From the IMG/VR virus record IMGVR_UViG_3300011443_000022, positions 1 through 45,125 of that record: a stretch of DNA of 45,125 nt. One strand, written 5' to 3'. The notes under the pieces are model-generated. The model made no database searches. It was not told the origin of the DNA and saw only the letters and a list, made by a program, of their open reading frames with translations. The position numbers and the translations under genes were made by a program. This document shows, in pieces, positions 42,337 to 45,125 of this stretch. The DNA comes from a virus (Duplodnaviria > Caudoviricetes). Each line of letters starts with the position of its first letter. The stretch's first letter is position 1.

Positions 42337-42647
42337 TTATCGCAACCTTCGTCGTTGCAATCTTCACATATTGGTGGAGTGGGAGGGGACTCGAACCCCT
42401 CGTTAGAATCATGCACCTGCGCCACCCCATCCATACCGTACGCCCCCGGTTGTAGACTATATCTATAATGCTTCCTACAATCTTTACAATAACCTCTATC
42501 TGAAAGTCTTTTACCGTGTGTAGGACAGGTTGGGTATCTCTCCCAAAATGGCGCACACACCCAACAGTTATCTATAAAGGGATTATGATGCGCTTCTCCA
42601 ATACAGTCTACCATTATGGCATTACCGAATGTTCTAGCTCCGCTCAT
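42324..42647 (-). CDS. Cys-rich hypothetical protein overlapping a tRNA-like element
   Basis: CWVC, CPTH, CKDC, CEDC, CDNC. Confidence 0.65.
   Translation of the reverse strand: MSGARTFGNAIMVDCIGEAHHNPFIDNCWVCAPFWERYPTCPTHGKRLSDRGYCKDCRKHYRYSLQPGAYGMDGVAQVHDSNEGFESPPTPPICEDCNDEGCDNCEM
42372..42428 (-). ncRNA. tRNA-Ala/tmRNA-like acceptor stem plus T-arm, with no anticodon arm
   Basis: GGGGTGG-N20-GAGGGG TTCGAGT CCCCTC-CCACTCC-A-CCA; 7/7 acceptor pairs including G3-U. Confidence 0.5.
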
Positions 42648-43077
42648 TACTATCTCCTCTCACACTAGCAATCCACTTCCCCGGCTGTGTCTCAGTCAGT
42701 ACCAGCGTACCCTTCGGTGTCTTATCTTCCGGCCATATGTAAGACTCATCGAAAATACCTACAGCCCTCTTAGACTCTGGATATGTAACAAAACTAAAAC
42801 CCCCTTCTTGCGCCGTCCATGTACCCTCTGGTAGTCTATACGCATGTACATTACGGTAGTTATGTCGGCTCCCTAGTATCACCGCTCTATCCGCACAATA
42901 TTTTAAGTAATGTCTTACCTTAAACGGTAGATAAGATTTATACTTTTCTTCATTTAATACCCCTGATTCTCTGTCTTTAAGATACTCGAAAGATACATTG
43001 GATAACTCCTCTAAATAAAATACCACATCCGGCGAGAACTTCACCTTTACATGAGTTGAACCTAACGTAACCGGCAT
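42634..43077 (-). CDS. Hypothetical protein
   Basis: AAGGAGG RBS. Confidence 0.75.
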   Translation of the reverse strand: MPVTLGSTHVKVKFSPDVVFYLEELSNVSFEYLKDRESGVLNEEKYKSYLPFKVRHYLKYCADRAVILGSRHNYRNVHAYRLPEGTWTAQEGGFSFVTYPESKRAVGIFDESYIWPEDKTPKGTLVLTETQPGKWIASVRGDSNERS

Positions 43078-43086
43078 TCATCCTCC

Positions 43087-43536
43087 TTATCTCCAAGGAT
43101 ACCATCCTTGACTCTGCCATAATTGATACGCCTTCTCCACATTCCACCCAACCTCAGTACATCTACCCCAAAAATCCGGCCACTTCCCTGCATGTATAGG
43201 GTGAATCTGAAACAACCCACACGCACCACTCCCTTGATAATTCCACTTCCACGGCTCTCCTCCACTCTCTCTGTACATATAGTAGAGAGCTACACTGCAC
43301 GGCCAAGGCATACTACATACAGTAGATTCTATCTCCGTCAGCGGCGGGTAAATTGGAACCCATAACCTGTCAAGTACAGGTTCAGGGGTTGGACTGGGCG
43401 ATGGAGTAGGCTGTTCTCCTCTAGCAACCACACTCCATTCATATATTCCGTAATAGTCTATGCTATTACTATCCCGCTCTGACGCGCTACATCCTATTAG
43501 GAGTAACGCGCAGAGCAAGATAGCTAGACACCGCAG
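43087..43536 (-). CDS. SLT/lysozyme-like lytic transglycosylase, probable lipoprotein; probable CTG start
   Basis: RESGG, GACGLFQI, N...A..LW...GW.PW; signal (M)RCLAILLCALLLIGC begins at CTG 5 nt after GAGG. Confidence 0.8.
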   Translation of the reverse strand: MRCLAILLCALLLIGCSASERDSNSIDYYGIYEWSVVARGEQPTPSPSPTPEPVLDRLWVPIYPPLTEIESTVCSMPWPCSVALYYMYRESGGEPWKWNYQGSGACGLFQIHPIHAGKWPDFWGRCTEVGWNVEKAYQLWQSQGWYPWR

Positions 43537-43627
43537 TTATACCTCACGAGTTAGTCCTTCCTTCCTAGAACTAACCCGATCAATGCTACTCCGATAAAGG
43601 TACAGACCATCAATCGGGAATCCCAAG

Positions 43628-43843
43628 TCAGTTACTCACTCCGAAGACTAAGTCCTGACAGGCCTGACAGAGCCCAGAGATCCGGTACTCGTCACGGCTA
43701 ACGCTGTCTCGGAACGCAATGGCTGGTTTGCCGCAGCCATAGGGCTCGCGGACGCAGACATCGTTCTCGATGGCTGTCGTCCTTCCCGTCATGCTCTCCA
43801 GCATGGCCTCCAGTTCTGGTGACTTCTCAGTCGGCGTCCCCAT
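43628..43843 (-). CDS. Cys-rich hypothetical protein
   Basis: AAAGGAG before MGTPTEK; EY.ISGLCQ.CQD. Confidence 0.7.
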   Translation of the reverse strand: MGTPTEKSPELEAMLESMTGRTTAIENDVCVREPYGCGKPAIAFRDSVSRDEYRISGLCQACQDLVFGVSN

Positions 43844-44069
43844 TACGACTCCTTTCCAGCGAGAGTCCACGCAACTGCCGAAAGTATGTGTAGTCCCTCA
43901 GTAGATGGCTCCCCCCCAACGGTTGCGCCTTTCGGTAGTGATGCAAGCACACATCCTGCTCATGGTCGTCAGGGAAGGCGATGCAGCCATCGCTCAACCC
44001 GATTCGTGCCACGCTCTCGTCAGCGCAGAACCGGCACGGAGGCGCTGCAACACCATGTACGCCGTTCAT
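43827..44069 (-). CDS. Cys/His-rich hypothetical protein
   Basis: Likely start MNGVHG; CRFC...CLHH. Confidence 0.6.
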   Translation of the reverse strand: MNGVHGVAAPPCRFCADESVARIGLSDGCIAFPDDHEQDVCLHHYRKAQPLGGSHLLRDYTYFRQLRGLSLERSRNGDAD

Positions 44070-44162
44070 TTGTCTGCCCCCTGTAAGGCAGCACTTAGCC
44101 CACAGCCACACTCCCACTTATCTACGTCGCGCACGGTAAAATCCTTTCATAATCCGTCAACC

Positions 44163-44193
44163 TGTACCCTATACATCTCACCCGTTTTAGGTC
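44163..44193. repeat. Inverted repeat, left arm
   Basis: TGTACCCTATACATCTCACCC-gttt-TAGGTC; reverse complement of 44600-44630 (21 bp perfect plus 6 bp). Confidence 0.92.
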
Positions 44194-44247
44194 TAACTCT
44201 CCCCTCCCCTTATCCACCAACGAGTCCAATCAGGAGTCTTTCCCTAC

Positions 44248-44286
44248 CCCTATTTATAGTATGACATATTCCAAACATGTTGTCAA
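44248..44286 (-). promoter_or_regulatory. Sigma70-type promoter facing the polymerase operon
   Basis: TTGACA-17-CATACT with TG extension, followed by ATAAATAGGG. Confidence 0.8.
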
Positions 44287-44573
44287 CCCCTTCCACTACC
44301 AGAATATGAAAGATTCTTCTCGTACTCCATACTCAACCACTTATCGAGCGAAAGTGCCCGGCGAAACCCTATCCCTGTCACTGCCCCTCCTCTACTTCCC
44401 TCATCCTTTCCAAACAACCACGCTAGTATATCATGGTTCTCCTCTCCCGGCGCAGGTATACGCCGTCTATACATCTTCTCCCTCCCACATCGTATACACA
44501 ATCCCTTCAACTTCTCCTCTAGTACTACATCTGGACTCTGAATTATCTCATAATGAGTACAGTCTTCACACAT
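44283..44573 (-). CDS. Hypothetical CxxC protein
   Basis: AAGGAG before MCEDC; CIRC. Confidence 0.6.
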   Translation of the reverse strand: MCEDCTHYEIIQSPDVVLEEKLKGLCIRCGREKMYRRRIPAPGEENHDILAWLFGKDEGSRGGAVTGIGFRRALSLDKWLSMEYEKNLSYSGSGRG

Positions 44574-44599
44574 AAATCTCCTTAAATCTAACAAATCCC

Positions 44600-44630
44600 G
44601 ACCTATATTGGGTGAGATGTATAGGGTACA
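44600..44630. repeat. Inverted repeat, right arm
   Basis: GACCTA-tatt-GGGTGAGATGTATAGGGTACA. Confidence 0.92.
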
Positions 44631-44639
44631 CTTTACGCA

Positions 44640-45002
44640 TTATGTATTCATAATGTGTTGAACGGCTGTCGAGAGTGTAGTAGTACTCCTGCGCTTATAA
44701 AACTCCGTACCGTTCTCTCCATCCGTCACATGTTCCCATCCAAAACGCCAGTACGCACCGAAGTTATCCGCACACATCGTACAATCCTCATCACTACAGC
44801 CAAACGTATCCATGTGAAAGCCGATGTGCCAGCTTTCATACATAGGCGAGTCCGGCCACGGCTCATTCACTCCTTGGTCTGTGAAGGGAGTGCCTATTAG
44901 GTTAGGTATAAGAGAAGGAAGGAGATGTACTCTCGGCCCTCCGCCTGTCCTTCCTCTTAGGTACTCATCATCAAACCAATCTGCCCTATTAGTGATATAC
45001 TT
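44640..45002 (-). CDS. C-terminal extension of the glutamine amidotransferase that starts at 789
   Basis: Reading frame is continuous across the circular join. Confidence 0.85.
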   Translation of the reverse strand, partial: KYITNRADWFDDEYLRGRTGGGPRVHLLPSLIPNLIGTPFTDQGVNEPWPDSPMYESWHIGFHMDTFGCSDEDCTMCADNFGAYWRFGWEHVTDGENGTEFYKRRSTTTLSTAVQHIMNT

Positions 45003-45125
45003 ACTACGCGTCTCATCCCACCTAAGACGCTTGGTATTCCCGGTGGTAGCGTAGTTCTTAGCGTAGAAGGGATGCACGTTGTAACCATTATACTTCTCCC
45101 ACTGAGACGTTCTTACCTCATGGCG
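45003..45125. repeat. 123-bp exact direct repeat (copy 2)
   Basis: Identical to 1-123. Confidence 0.95.

Noticed and set aside
42372-42447. Complete functional tRNA or full tmRNA gene
   Set aside because: No anticodon stem-loop can be folded and there is no room for a tag reading frame; kept only as a tRNA-like element
322-44575. Numerous antisense and nested ORFs in the track (e.g. 7239..7775, 2221..2613, 31144..31672, 25131..25562, 44261..44575)
   Set aside because: They are shadows of well-supported genes on the opposite strand, with no RBS or recognisable motifs
45003-45125. Terminal direct repeat as the biological end of the virion DNA
   Set aside because: It falls inside a continuous GATase reading frame, which fits an assembly overlap of a circular or permuted contig
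1-45125. Stop-codon reassignment, diversity-generating retroelement, introns/inteins, integrase
   Set aside because: Core genes are intact in the standard code with all three stops used; no reverse transcriptase, homing endonuclease, intein or recombinase motifs were seen

Overview
Apparently complete genome of a tailed dsDNA bacteriophage. Bases 1-123 recur exactly at 45003-45125, so the unit length is 45,002 bp and one gene spans the join. The + arm (5878-28605) holds packaging and virion genes: putative TerS, TerL, membrane/holin-like genes, portal, two probable ejection proteins, scaffold, major capsid, three paralogous adaptor-like proteins, a nozzle-like protein and a tail fibre. No tape measure, tube or sheath is recognisable, so the morphology is podovirus-like. 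The - arm (from about 4400 through the join down to 28602) holds small ORFs, an amidoligase plus class II glutamine amidotransferase, a UDG-fused DNA polymerase A, ThyX, a DinG-like helicase, Cas4-like and ERCC4 nucleases, a P-loop ATPase, nucleotide enzymes and several cell-envelope enzymes. No integrase, repressor, primase, CRISPR array or complete tRNA was recognised. The CAP protein and a dockerin-like lipoprotein resemble, from memory, surface proteins of Chloroflexota (Dehalococcoidia); that host call is inference only. The most unusual signals are: (1) genes that seem to start at ATC, ATA or CTG behind strong Shine-Dalgarno sites, including an ATPase whose Walker A has no ATG/GTG/TTG upstream; (2) an anticodon-less tRNA-Ala/tmRNA-like element just upstream of the polymerase; (3) a 468-bp promoter-containing segment bounded by perfect 21-bp inverted repeats; (4) a hairpin whose loop displays the 16S anti-SD sequence; (5) strong GATC and CCWGG avoidance. 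All family calls come from motif recognition by eye; no searches were run.
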